From the NCBI GenBank assembly GCA_046563655.1, contig CM102283.1, positions 496,001-560,000 of the forward strand: a DNA stretch of 64,000 nt, in the 5' to 3' direction. The number at the start of each line of letters is the position of its first letter. Positions within the stretch are counted from its first letter, which is position 1. Below are positions 46,832 through 59,029 of the stretch, piece after piece. The translations under genes were made by a program, and so were the position numbers. Source of the DNA: Yuukianura sp. NJ FZ-2021. Its lineage: Eukaryota. The notes below the pieces were generated by a model. The model was not told the origin of the DNA. It ran no database searches and worked only from the letters and a program-made list of their open reading frames with translations.

Positions 46832-47214
46832 TGTGAGGGTCTCTTACGGGGATAAGAGACCTCACACCGGATTGGGTGTCGGTATGTCCTTTGTCGAGTG
46901 AGGAGAGGATATGCGGAGACCCGGGAGAAAGGAGACAGTACTCGGGTAGAGGTCCTCCAGTGAGGATCTCTATCCGAAAAAGACTACTCGAGTAGCATTA
47001 CCGGTTTAGTATAGTTGAGAGTCCTACCTGTGATCGAGGGTTTGGTTGTGGTGAATAAAGATCCTTGGTTTGGCCTAGTCGGATGAGTTGTCGTGAGGGT
47101 TATTGTTCAGCGTGTTGTGAGTCATTGAGCCAGGCCGTTCGGTATGCGGGACGACGATGCTCTCCATGAGTCGACATCGGCGTGTGAGGAGACACCTACG
47201 ACAGGGATCCCACA
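46832..47214 (+). mobile_element. Probable LTR (383 bp) of an unrelated element
   Basis: Preceded by polypurine GGAAGGGGGG; TGTG...CACA termini; internal AATAAA; 5' hairpin TGTGAGG(G)TCTCTTA/TAAGAGACCTCACA. Confidence 0.5.
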
Positions 47215-47399
47215 CATGACAACCAAATTCACATTCAACAACTCAATCAATTCTACGTCGCGATTACGCTACCAAAACAAGAACCACCCACGCAATTACG
47301 GGAGGAACGCAGGCACGAAACACATACAACAATTAATACCACGACACCATACGGCACAATTTTAATCAAACTACAATGCAACTGCATTATCACGGCCAA

Positions 47400-48011
47400 C
47401 GGCAAGATCATAATTCAAACACCTTTTCCCCGTACACAAGAACATGACGCGAGCAACGCTACACTACTGATTCCAATACAGTGGACCTATGCGAATATTA
47501 CAGACAACGAATGCTGCGATGACATTCCCACACACTAAATGCTGAATCCAAATTGGCATCTACTAAACCATCACATCAACATTTCGTTGCCGCCGATTAA
47601 CGAGACCACCTTACTCACACATCAAGACATTCAACCCATCATGAATCAATTCTCGGTAACTGTGGTCTCACCTCTCTCTTGGATTGGATTTTGAAAATTG
47701 TTTTCTATGTATGGGCCCTCTGGATGCCCTTCATGGTTCTGAAACCAAACATGCTCGGAGGACTCTTCCCGATGCTGAATTTACTGCCAGGAGCCAGAGC
47801 GTTTGACATCCTAAATCTTATTGCCAACATACTTGATGACATGATTTTAATCTTAATCCTGATCACACTTATTTTCATTTTTTTGCTTTTATGCAGACTC
47901 AAGCATTCACTTCTTCGGATTATTCAACATTCACCCATACTTCGCCCAGCTCTGCTCCGAGAAAGACAGCCAGCACCTCAACCACCCAGAGAAAGCCAAA
48001 TGTTCTACTAA
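47400..48011 (+). pseudogene. C-terminal fragment of an env-like membrane protein
   Basis: NxT-rich ectodomain remnant followed by strongly hydrophobic segments (ILILILITLIFIFLLLC) and a short tail. Confidence 0.4.
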
Positions 48012-48750
48012 TCACCACTGGGTACATATTCACCCTGCACTTTCGCTCTAGGAGATGTGAAAAAAGGTGGACTGATCCACTGAAGGACATCACCATCATT
48101 TTCTACATCTTAAAATTAAGGAAACTTGTTTCAATACAAGTTTTCGGTACTAATTCACACCCACATACACGCTACACCCCACCTATTAACAACAAAAACA
48201 CATTAATTTAAATTGAACTTTCTATAATGAACAGTTTAGTTTTAAATTGTTACGTTTTACGTTATGATGCACGCATCCTAAAGATGTAACTTTCCGCCTT
48301 ATGAAAATCTGAAATTTTAACACCTGTTAGATTTATATTTTCACAAATATTATAAAGTAGATTTAAATTAATATTCAGACACGTATCTGATAGTCACCCC
48401 GAGATACATACCATACATACCATTTCACCAATCCAACTACACTGTAGCACGAACTACACAACTTAATACACACTACACTTAAGAACACTGTAATCTTTAA
48501 TCGACTTCCGTTGTTACACAACACAAGAGATATCACAAGTCACTTATTTTGCACTCAATTACTTATTTACAAGACAATTTTATGTGTGTTAGGGAGTGCG
48601 AGGGAAGTTCTATCTGCCCACCACCTAATCAAACCACGACCTTGTCACACCATTAGAGTTAAGTATAAAATAAGCAAAAGCGCATGAATAAAAGAGAGAC
48701 AAGCAAGTAAAAGTGAAAACCCAACAATGGGATACTAGCATCATTTAACA

Positions 48751-49071
48751 ATGCTGTACTGGGAACATCCGGATGTGTACTGCACGGAGACTCTTGGCTT
48801 CCGAATGCGGTTTCTTAATGTGTGTCAAAAACACTACCAAATCGTCATGAACTTTCCAATTGTTGAGTATTCCAAGTACGAGAACTACTTTGGTGAGTAA
48901 AAAAAAGCATAAATCTAGGCTTTAACTCAGTTTTTTTTTGTACCTCTCTGCATTTTATTAATAATCGTTTTAATACTTATAGGTCCGCGTCTCATCTTTT
49001 GCCGCAGCGACTTGGACGGATTCGTGGACGTCGTCACAGCCATCTGCGAAAACGTTGGAAAAAAATATTGA
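48751..49071 (+). CDS. Candidate 76-aa two-exon orphan protein
   Basis: Exon 48751-48892, GTGAGT...TAG intron, exon 48983-49071 in frame; upstream TATAAAA at 48664, downstream AATAAA at ~49143. Confidence 0.4.
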
Positions 49072-49999
49072 AATTTATGTTTCTACATTTCGACTGATTT
49101 TTCGTTAAAAAAAGCAATGAAACTTGAATTTCTTTTTTTCAAAATAAAAATTTTTAATCACTTATAACCACATGAAATTTATTCACCAAAATAGCTGGTA
49201 ACAAAGAAGTGAATTTTTGAAACAAAGCTTATAAGGAGATGGAGTTTACAAGAGAACCAACTTTCGAACCAAGTCTGTTTAGGTTAGAATTTTAAAATGT
49301 ATCGCCAAGTTGACTTTAAACCCACTTTTCTCAACACGCCATTTTGACATTTCATCTGACTCTATTTTACCTTCTCCCACTCAGAGCGCATTCACGTCGG
49401 AGTTTTTTTTTCTTGTATTAAGTTTTCAGATTGGGGTTTGTTAGTTAGGTTTGTGACTTTGTTAGTTAGTGACCTTGAACCAGCTTTTGGGGTGACGCCA
49501 TTTTGAAGTTAACTCAATTTTTCCTCGACACCGCCATTTTTAACTGCACACCGAATCCATGTTGTTTTTTTCCAAAATGGCGGAAAAGCATTTCAGATTC
49601 TCTGAATATATAAACTTTGTGCATGGACAAACCAAGTTTAGATTCGGAGTTCCATCTAGTTTCCTGGGAACTTTCTTTTGAGGGTGAATTCTCGTACTAG
49701 GGGATGATTCCTGCCCGGGGTGTCACCCCCCAGAAGCCAGAGTTACGATAGGGTGAACTGAGTAGGGTGAACAGCGCAATAAACGGATGACGCCACAACA
49801 GTTTTGGCCTTGTGTGTTTCTTTCACGGTGCGATACCTGCGGATTGGAGGGTGTACACACCTGGGACCAGGTCTCCCGCCAAGTTGACCAGCCTCTCAAT
49901 GGTGCCCGATGCAGGTTTGGCATTAGCCTGGCTGATTAGCATACGAACATATCTGCAACACAGCCTCAACAGAGATCACGGAAAAGAGTTTGGTTAGTG

Positions 50000-50945
50000 A
50001 GTGGCGGGTGTCCTGGACAATGACCTCACACGTTCCCCCTATCGAAGCTGGCCTGAACATGACCACAAGACTCGTGACAACAAGTTTCCTTTATCCCCTT
50101 GACCACAATAGTTGAGGGTCAGTTGTGGCAGTCAACATTGGGTAACAAACTGTGTCTCATTACGAAAAAAGTATTTTTGAGGACTGTGGCGGCAACTGTC
50201 CTGGAAAAAGACCTCACATGATCCCCGGAGTGACTTTGGCCAGCACATGACCACAAGACTCGTGACAATAAATTTTTTCATCCCTTGACCCACTACAGGT
50301 CAGGGTCACCACTGGTGTCACATTGTGTGGGAGTCCGTTAATGTGGAGGAAAATAAAAACGAAATTCTGAGAAAGGAGTGACAGTTGAGGAGACTGTCCT
50401 CGACGGTGACGTCACACGATCCCCCGAGTGTCTCTGATCAAAACATGACAAAGAGACCCGGGAAGTTTCTTTCATCCCCTTGACCACAACAGGTCAGGGG
50501 ATGTCACGTCTAATGTCTAACCCAATGTCACGCCACTCACTGGCGTGACATTGGGTGGGAGTCTGTTAAAGAAGAAGAAAATAAAACACAGAGTTTTGAG
50601 AGGGAAATGGCCGTAGCGGAGACTGTCATGGACATTGACCTCACACGATCCCCCGAGTGACACTGGCCACAACGTGCCCAAATGACTCGTCAGAACAGGT
50701 TTCTTTCATACCTTGGCTCACAACAGGTCGGGTTCGCAACTGGCGTCACGTTGGGTGGGGGTCTGTCTGGGTAGAGGAGAATAGGAAAGGAACTTTGAGC
50801 ATGGCTGACTAGAGGAGACTGTCCTAGGCGGTCACCTCACACGATCCCCCGAGTGACACTAGCCTCAAAGTGACAGGGTGACTCGTCACTACAACTTTCT
50901 TCCATCCCCAGGCCCACAATAGGTCAGGGTCACAAGTGGCAGTCC
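50000..50945. repeat. Diverged tandem array, 5 units of ~190-230 bp
   Basis: The core TGTCCT...GACCTCACACGATCCCCCGAGTG...ACTCGT...CCCTTGACCACAAC.GGTCAGGG recurs at 50009, 50197, 50395, 50624 and 50820. Confidence 0.85.
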
Positions 50946-51876
50946 ACTGGTGCCCATTATATTTTAGGGGTGAAATCTTATTGGGGCTGTAAAAAAGTGT
51001 AAATGTAGAGGGGTAGCAATGCAGAATTAAATTGAGAACAATGGTTAACTAGTTGTTAATTATCGAATAGGTAGAGACGCACTGTAGTCTAATTTAGGTC
51101 ACCACTTCCTCATTTTAATTTTTTTAGGACACGCACGAGGCGTGATCGCACATTAGAGGAGTTTAAAGGCTTGAGGCTACGAAACCACATCCTCCACAAG
51201 GGGGACAAGGAAAAAGTTTTGGGTGTGCAAATCAAAAAGTGGGCCATGGTAAAAAAATTTTTAATGAGAAATGAAAAATTTTAATAAGAAAAACTGCGTG
51301 TAGGTAACCACATCCTTTTCCAAGAAGGAGGGAAAATGCAACTCTAGTGAGTGGTCTGTGGTGTGTGCGAAAGAAAATGGGTTTGCGAGGGGGAGATCTT
51401 TTCAACTCCTTTATTAACATGCGAAATTAGAATGCGGAAGTTAGGCACGCACTTTTGGGTGGGGTCGAAGTGGGTCAACTGTAAACCTATAACGTTCACG
51501 CGCACACATCAAATCGGGGCCATTTTCAATTCGGAAACGGGTCTTACTTTAATCCATTTTGCTTCAATCTGTTGAAACTTTCTGTTCTAAAGTATTCCTA
51601 ATTTGTTCAAAACTCTCTCTTCTAAACTCAGAATTTGTGGACTCTTTTGTCAAGTAACTATCAAGTTGAAAACATTTTTGCGCTACTTGGGGTACCACTC
51701 AAAGTAATTTGGGAACAAGTAGAAGGGACGTTTGTTATCAGGAATTCGCAACTTCGAGGTACGGTGAGGATTATGGAATTCTAATCCCTGTGTTTTTTTA
51801 CGTGATTCGTGGTAAGATTGCCATCCACAAGGACCTGTCAAGGTAAGAATCCAAAATCAGTCTTTAGTCCTCTAGC

Positions 51877-54800
51877 ATGGGTAAGGTACGCATCCTATTA
51901 CCCCGTTTTTCGGGTGGCAAGGACGAAGATGTAGCATCATTTTTGACAAAATTTGAGTTAGCATTTTTAGCTAGTGGATCGGATCGAGAGAAAATGGCCA
52001 CCACTTTATGTTGTCACCTAGATGGTACAGCTGAACCATGGATTTGTTACTACATAGCACCTAGAGCAGTTACGTAGTGACCTACGTCCGGGTGGCCAAG
52101 TACGCATTAAATCATTAGATTAAGGACAAACTGCTAGAGATTTTTGGGGTAGTTGATTCTGTGTCAGCTGAACTCAAATACAAAGAGAGGAAGCATAAGA
52201 TTGGGGAGACAGTGGAAAGTTACACCTCTGATTTACTAAAACCGATTGACCAAGCTGATCCCACTATGGACGAGCCCAAGCGGGTTAAACATTTGATCAA
52301 AAACGCTAGGCCAACTTTTTCAAGTCAAATCTCGTTAATAAATCCGCAAACAGTGCAAGAATTATTAACACTTGCGAAAAACATTGAGGCAAACAATATT
52401 ATCTCACATCAGAGGGACATTGACATTCTCGAAGGGGTTTTGGAGGCTAAAGTGGCTAACATGAGAAAAATCTCATCCCTTGAACAAAAAATGGAAAAAT
52501 TGAAAATTATGGTAGCAATGCCACAGAAAAATGATCGAGTCAATTCACCAAATGTACATGACCATGGAAAGCAGAATAATCTAGAACGCTCCGATCTATA
52601 TAACCAACCAGGTATGTCCCGCAGAGCACAAGGGGATAATTACACTCCAAGGAATGTACAACCTAGTGGTAGGCTAGGGCTGAAATGCAATTCATGTGGG
52701 CAGGAGGGTCACTTCGCTCATTAGTGCGCACAAATCAAATGTTATAAATGTTATGGGTTTGGGCACATAGCAGCGAATTGCAAAAATCGAAAAAACCAGT
52801 ACTGCCCGCATCATAAAACCAATAGCCATGATGGGTCCAGTTGCAGGGCAATGGCCAATAGACAATCTGCTGGAGAGGTTTGGTGCTCTTACCATCAGTC
52901 TCGCACTCATTCTGAACAAGAATGCAGAGCAAAAAACTCTCTGCGGGGGAGGAGGAACGGAGCTGCTCCACCAACAGAAGTCAGACAGACTCAGTAATAC
53001 CACCTCGGGTAGAAGTTAATCCATTACAAACAAACATATATATTAATTTAATTCCCATCCTGGCCATCGGAACAGGGAACTTACTTTTGGTTAAAGCTTT
53101 CATTAACGACAACCCAATGATGGTATTAATGGATATGGGAGCCGCGGCAAGAGTCATTTCTCAGGAATTGCTAGCAGATGATCAGGTGGAGAGAGGAGCC
53201 AACAAAATTACATTATAAAGTTTGGGAGAACAAAAAGTGGAATCAGTGGGCAGTTATCTCGTGTCCATTCAATTTGTACCTCAAGCTTACTATCATCAAA
53301 TAGTTGTTGCCCCAAACTTTAAATTGAAAGTGTTGTTGGGGGGTGATTTCTTGGATAAAACGGGAGCAAAAATTGACTTTCAAAACAGAACAGTTACATT
53401 TAATTATACAAAGATTTCAATGCTAGAAAATATTGGGGAATCAGAAAATGTCAATGAGATACGAGAGAGGATACACATTTTGCAACAGGGAGTTCGTTTA
53501 CACAAAGGTCATCATTCCGAGTCCAGCATCATACAGCATTCAAGCAGCGCAGGGGATGATACGGCCGTTGGGGAAGAGAAAGTGAATTTGATGTCACTTG
53601 CTAATTTAATCTCGGGCCCAGTGACTTTCGATAGTGATGGGAAGTCGAATCTACTTTCTCCATCGGGAGAAAACACAAGAATACGAGAGAGAAAGTGAGA
53701 AGTATAAACATATTGCGGAAAAGCTCAGAAGACAACTTCTTACCAGAGAGCATGATCATAGACACATTTCCGACCCAGTTTGTAAAAATGAAGTTTATGA
53801 GAAGATCGATATTGTAGGCCAGGAAGTCACAGCAGGCATGGAGATTGATCCAAATTTCCATATCAACCAACTACCATTACATTTTCTACAGGATCATATT
53901 TCCAACATTCATTCTCAAATAAGTCCAGAACTCACTCCCGAACAACAAATAGATTTAAAAGTACTTCTAACCGAGTTTGCGGATGTGTTTGCTTATGGAA
54001 AACAAGTACGGGTAATAAAAACTACACCCATCACATTCTATTAAATCCAGGAGCACAACCTATTTAGGCACAACCCAGTTAAGCGAAATGCGCAAGCTCA
54101 GGAATTCGAACGAAAGGCCATTCAGCAACTTCTAAAAACACATAAAATACGACCATCAAACTCTAGTTATGCGTCAAGGACCGTAATGGTCCCCAACGCC
54201 ATGACTGGAGACGATGGATCGAAAATATGGAGGTTATGCATAGACTATACGTCGTTGAACAAGCAAGTTCAAGATGTAGAATTTTACATGACGGGCATAC
54301 AAACTATCATCAATTGGTTATCCGAAAGATCATTTCGGTACATCTCATTAGGTGACGTCACAAAAGGGTATTACGATATTCCATTAGACGAGTCATCTAA
54401 ATATTTAACAGCATTTATCACCATGGATGGTTTTTGGGAATGGGAGGTGCTCCCTTTTGGCATAAAAACGGCGCCATTTTCATTTTGTCGGGCTGTTTAT
54501 AACATGTTACGAGCATGCGTCTATGAAAGTGTATGTACATACATCGATGATTTGATCTGGACAGACAAACAGTGGCATGATCACTTGCATTATTTAAGAG
54601 CCGTATAGTATTAAAGACTCCATCATGATTTCTCTTTCACTGTGGAGTGGCATTTAACCCGCCGAATCAATGTCTGGATTTCACTGCGTCAAAATTATCA
54701 CTTTAGCTTACAACCGACCGGAAAACAAATTCGAACCTGTTAGGCTGAAAAACGTCTACACGGATCCAATAAACGCTTCAAGTTGTTCACAAATGTATTC

Positions 54801-55599
54801 CCAACATGTGCATCCTGACGGATAAAAAATGTATAAAATCAATTCAACAACTTATGGTACAAGGAATCATTTAGTCATCAACGACACGTCACACAAGATT
54901 TCTTTGGGCATAACCTACACGGGTTATGTGCGTTCACCAGAAGTTCCCAACATGCAAGAAAATTGTGAATTTGATGGCCACGAATGCCCTAGCTCCGATG
55001 GAATTGTAGTTTGGCAGATCTTCGCCCACAACAGAAATAACTCTACGTTAAGGAAACGCACTGCTTCGAATTGTTTTAATAATCCAGAACATATAATTTG
55101 CAAAGACCTAGCTTTAAGCATAACGGACTATTATGACAAGTCAAAGGACAGTTGTGGAGTTCGACTTGGCATTACTCGAAGTATAATTGAAGCTACCGAC
55201 ACTTTAGAGCAAGAGGACACCATGGACACATCTACGCAATTCAAAATTGAATCCAGATTCTCGGACTTATACGAAACAATCAAGCTTGGGCAACTAACTT
55301 TTCTCAAAGTACTGCATATAGGGTCGTGTGACTTTTCAAAGGGTCCTCCAAACAGTGACGTCCCGATTCAACAAGACCAGAGACCACAGAAAATAATATC
55401 TGTTCCATCACCATCCATATCTTCTACGACGCATCAGGAAAAGGAGCAGTCGGATTCTCATAAAGTTGACAAGATAGACGTTACTCTTACAAAGCTCTTA
55501 CGTAACTCCCATGACGAAGACTTTGGCAATGACAATAGGTCTTTTGTCTCTCCTACGATGACAAACCCTTTAGCCGAAAGAACAGCAAATTCCTGTTGA
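51877..55599 (+). mobile_element. Decayed gypsy-like retroelement 2, same family as element 1
   Basis: Gag LPRFSGG, four Zn knuckles, protease LMDMGA..LLGGDF, RT WRLCIDY..LPFG..YIDD, and an env fragment (LRKRTASNCF..C.DLA.SITDYY...RSIIE..LKVLHIGSCD) that aligns to 45230-45520. Confidence 0.88.
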
Positions 55600-56522
55600 C
55601 ATCAAAAATATTATGGAAGAATTTGGAGTGGACGAAAATAGCGGAATCAACAACTACAGTTTCACCTTCTCCTTATTTTATGTACAAGATTCCTTATTCC
55701 ACTTTCCTCTTACTCCTCACTCCTGAAGAAATTAAAAACAATCTCACAAATATTCTGCTTCATAACACCATTTAACACAAATTTAATATAAACTAACCCA
55801 CACAGTATGTTAATATTAACTATGCACAATTAAGATCACTCAGTTTATAATAACATTAGGACATTGTAACGTCGGATTTTGAACATCCCGGATTTCGTGA
55901 ATTTCGGGATGAGTCAAAATCAGACTATAGTTAATTAAGCATAATTTAAAGAGTACAAGACTAGTATGCAAATTGATAAGGTTGCTTTTTGAGACAAAGT
56001 TGCAAAGATTAATGTTAATTGATCTTTGCAATGACAGGTCAGAAGAAGGCTGACGCGACAGTTTTACTTGTCCAACAAGTTTAAAACTTGTTGGACATGT
56101 GAAGTCATGCCACCCGCGAGTGATTTTCATACAAACTAACATCGTTGTCAATTTGCATACGATCACAACTTTGTCCGATATCAGACATTACTGACAGAAC
56201 TGGATCATAAATCCTGGTCATTAACGTCTGATCACGGACTAGAGTCCAAAAGGTGTTGCCAAGGGTTATGAGGTCAAGGGCCTCATAGGAGAGTTAGTTT
56301 AAGTGTTTAGATTAATTAAAACTAAATTAGTTAGTTAGGGCGAATGCCCATAAGTGTTTGTCCCCTGTCTCCCTCTCCTTTTGGAGTCGGCAGAGCCGAC
56401 AGAAGAACCCAGCAGCACTTCTCCTGCAGCAGCCACGCCGTCAACAGCTCTGCCTTGCTCCGTCCAGCCACAAGTCTGCTTCCCCGGTCAACTGGAGGTC
56501 AACCAGGTCAGATCAGCGTGTG

Positions 56523-56610
56523 GCCAGTGATTGGCCTAGCCAGTGATTGGCTTGTGGTGGCCAGTGATTGGCCGTAGCCAGTGATTGGCTTGTTGTGGCC
56601 AGTGATTGGC
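56523..56610 (-). promoter_or_regulatory. Five tandem GCCAGTGATTGGC units (reverse CCAATCA / NF-Y-like boxes)
   Basis: Copies at 56523, 56539, 56560, 56577 and 56598. Confidence 0.6.
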
Positions 56611-57215
56611 CTCCCTTCCCCCGGATCCGCATTTCGGTTGGTTATGGCCCTTAAGGCCCGTTAGTTTAGCCACAAGGGCTCCTTTGTATTTAGTTAGGGT
56701 TTGTTTGTTTCGTTCGCTACGATTTAAAATAAATCGTAGCCACAAAGATCATCGGTTTTGGGTTTGTTTTTGTTTATTTCATTGTGAGGCTGGAGCAGTG
56801 CAGAGAGGCACTGCTCAAGCCTCATATCTGGTGCCCCGAGCATTAACTGCCCCTTCAGTCATTGTTTTCATGGGTATCGATGATTAATCAGTGATTAATC
56901 ATCGATTCATCGTTAAATTCGTAGAAAAATCGGTTGAGGTGCCGCTCTGGGGGTGGTAAAGGCATGGTCCCCACCTTTTAGTACATGAACCGTATGAAAC
57001 GGTACGGTTTTGCGCATATGTTTTAAAGTCACATTTTTGATTTCAATTTTTCTTTTGAGCGCGGTCCGCACCCAACTTCAAATTTTGAATTTCATTTTCA
57101 TTTCTTACCAAAGTCAATTTCTTAGTAAATGTACATGCATTTAACTTAAATTTACCGATTCCTAATCAAAGTTTGCGTTCCTAAAACTGAGTTTTTGTTC
57201 TAATTCTGTAGATAC

Positions 57216-58448
57216 ATGGTCCTCACTCGTAGTAAAAGCAAGGAATTAACGAATTCTCAAACGGAAGTACCCGCTCCGCCCGCGCTCAGACCGCTCACAC
57301 CCGTGCGTGCAAGCAGCGCACCCCCATTTGTTTTAACGGTTTCTCCCGCTACTCCTAAATCGGAAACAGAATCGGAGGAAGAGTTTTTAGATTCTTTTGC
57401 AAACATGGCAACTAACGACGCGAAAGACGCGGAGATTGCCAGTTTACGTGCGCAGTTACTCACAATGCAGACAGCCATGGATGACATGCGTGCACAGTTG
57501 CAAATTGTCGCCGCGCCCGCTCCGGCCGCGCCCGCTCCGGTCACCGCACCCGCTCCTAACGTACAGCCGCCTTCCGCTCCACAAGTGCTATACGTAGAAC
57601 AGGCACCTGTGATTCCTATTCCTAAATATACGCCAAGAATTCCTATTACTTCCTTTTTCAAAGAAGCAGAAGATTATTTTGTTCTTAAAAATTTAAATGA
57701 AGAGTCAAAACTTGTTCTAATTAGCCGAATGTTTCCGAGAGATTCGGACATTTTGCGTTGGTGGCTCGACATTCAAGCCAATATTGCGACATGGGATGAA
57801 TTCAAGGTCGCTTTTCTAAATTATGAGGGGATTGGTCAATCCAAAGATAAACTTTTGTCGGATCTTTTCGCTAAAAAGCAATTCTTTTCGGAGGCTTTCG
57901 AAACTTTTGCATGGGACGTTGCCAATTCTTATAAACGAATAGTCCCAGACGCTTCGAGTGAAACGATTAGAGAACGAATTGTAAACGCTTGTCTTCCTGA
58001 AATTTCTATTTTGCTCAGATCTTCTCCAGCTACTAACATTGCTGAACTCATTGCTCATGGGAAGAGAATTGTATGCGATTTGAATCGAACTCGACGTTTT
58101 GAAAACAAACCTTTGATTCGTTCTCAAGCTTCTGACGATTTTTCGGAATTCAATCAAAGACTTAAAGACAGAGCAGGCGCACGGCAACCGGCTAAAGCTC
58201 CTTACGTTCCAAATTCCTATTCACAGCCTCGTCCTGCTGGGCCTAGTTCAGTCCCACCTGCAAATCCCGGGACAAGTCGGCCTCCTTATACGAATGGGCC
58301 TAGACCTAGCAGTTCGGGTCAACCACCTCCGGCAAAAGAGTGGTCGATTGATCAAGTCCAGTGTTTCCGATGTGAACGTTATGGGCACTATGCAACGACT
58401 TGTAAATTTCCCGCCAAGAAAAATTCTGGGGGTGCCCCAAAAGGTTAA
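57216..58448 (+). CDS. Retrotransposon Gag (410 aa, open)
   Basis: MVLTRS N-terminus, capsid-like core (WW...TWDEFKVAF...KQ..E.F..F) and a single CCHC knuckle. Confidence 0.9.
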   Translation: MVLTRSKSKELTNSQTEVPAPPALRPLTPVRASSAPPFVLTVSPATPKSETESEEEFLDSFANMATNDAKDAEIASLRAQLLTMQTAMDDMRAQLQIVAAPAPAAPAPVTAPAPNVQPPSAPQVLYVEQAPVIPIPKYTPRIPITSFFKEAEDYFVLKNLNEESKLVLISRMFPRDSDILRWWLDIQANIATWDEFKVAFLNYEGIGQSKDKLLSDLFAKKQFFSEAFETFAWDVANSYKRIVPDASSETIRERIVNACLPEISILLRSSPATNIAELIAHGKRIVCDLNRTRRFENKPLIRSQASDDFSEFNQRLKDRAGARQPAKAPYVPNSYSQPRPAGPSSVPPANPGTSRPPYTNGPRPSSSGQPPPAKEWSIDQVQCFRCERYGHYATTCKFPAKKNSGGAPKG

Positions 58449-59029
58449 GGAGGAGTGACTCAGAGGAGAAGGTCGCTCTTCCGTCTTCATTTAATTCTCC
58501 CAATTCGGATCCAGTTTTTTCTGCCATGATTCCTAAACAAACTAAAATTCAGTACGTTACCGGTGACGCTACTCAACCACATTTAAATTCCAAGCGCGGT
58601 ATTTTGGCTCATATTTGCAATGATCAAGGTTTTTGGGGAAAAGGTTTTGTTCTTTCTCTTTCCAAAGCATTTAAAGCTCCAGAGTTAGAGTACAAGAAAC
58701 TCCAAGCTCCAATTCAAAAAGGTTTTGTTCAATTCATTCCAGTTTCTCAAAATCTTGAAGTTGCAAATATGGTGGCCCAGGGACATCCCAAGGAACCAGT
58801 CCCCATTGATTATGACGCTCTCCATGTAGCGCTTCGGACAGTTTGTAAACGCGCTCTTGAGACTGGAGCCGCGGTTCACATGCCAGAAATTGGTGTTGGT
58901 TTGTCTCGTGGAAGGTGGAACATCATCGCTCACATTATTTTTCTGGAGCTATGTATGAACGGCGTAGAAGTTACCGTCTATTCCCTTCCACAGAGAGTTC
59001 CAAATCCGCCAAACCTACAAGGAAGGTAG
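58406..59029 (+). CDS. Macrodomain (SCO6735/ALC1-TARG1-like ADP-ribosylhydrolase) in the -1 frame relative to gag
   Basis: IQYVTGDAT.P, ILAHICNDQGFWGKGFV.SLS, VANMVAQ, IDYDAL, VHMPEIGVGLSRGRW, GVEVTVY. The frame is open from 58406 (first ATG 58526) with no stops. Confidence 0.9.
   Translation: MSRQEKFWGCPKRLRRSDSEEKVALPSSFNSPNSDPVFSAMIPKQTKIQYVTGDATQPHLNSKRGILAHICNDQGFWGKGFVLSLSKAFKAPELEYKKLQAPIQKGFVQFIPVSQNLEVANMVAQGHPKEPVPIDYDALHVALRTVCKRALETGAAVHMPEIGVGLSRGRWNIIAHIIFLELCMNGVEVTVYSLPQRVPNPPNLQGR

Noticed and set aside
50000-50945. CRISPR array or hammerhead-ribozyme (retrozyme) array
   Set aside because: Whole units are homologous, with no unique spacers, and the context is eukaryotic. 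A minus-strand CTGACGA occurs in only one unit and lacks a correctly placed GAAA.
58526-59029. Bacterial contamination or chimeric assembly as the source of the macrodomain
   Set aside because: Base composition matches the flanking gag and protease, and the frames overlap them with frameshift signals at both junctions; no bacterial neighbours.
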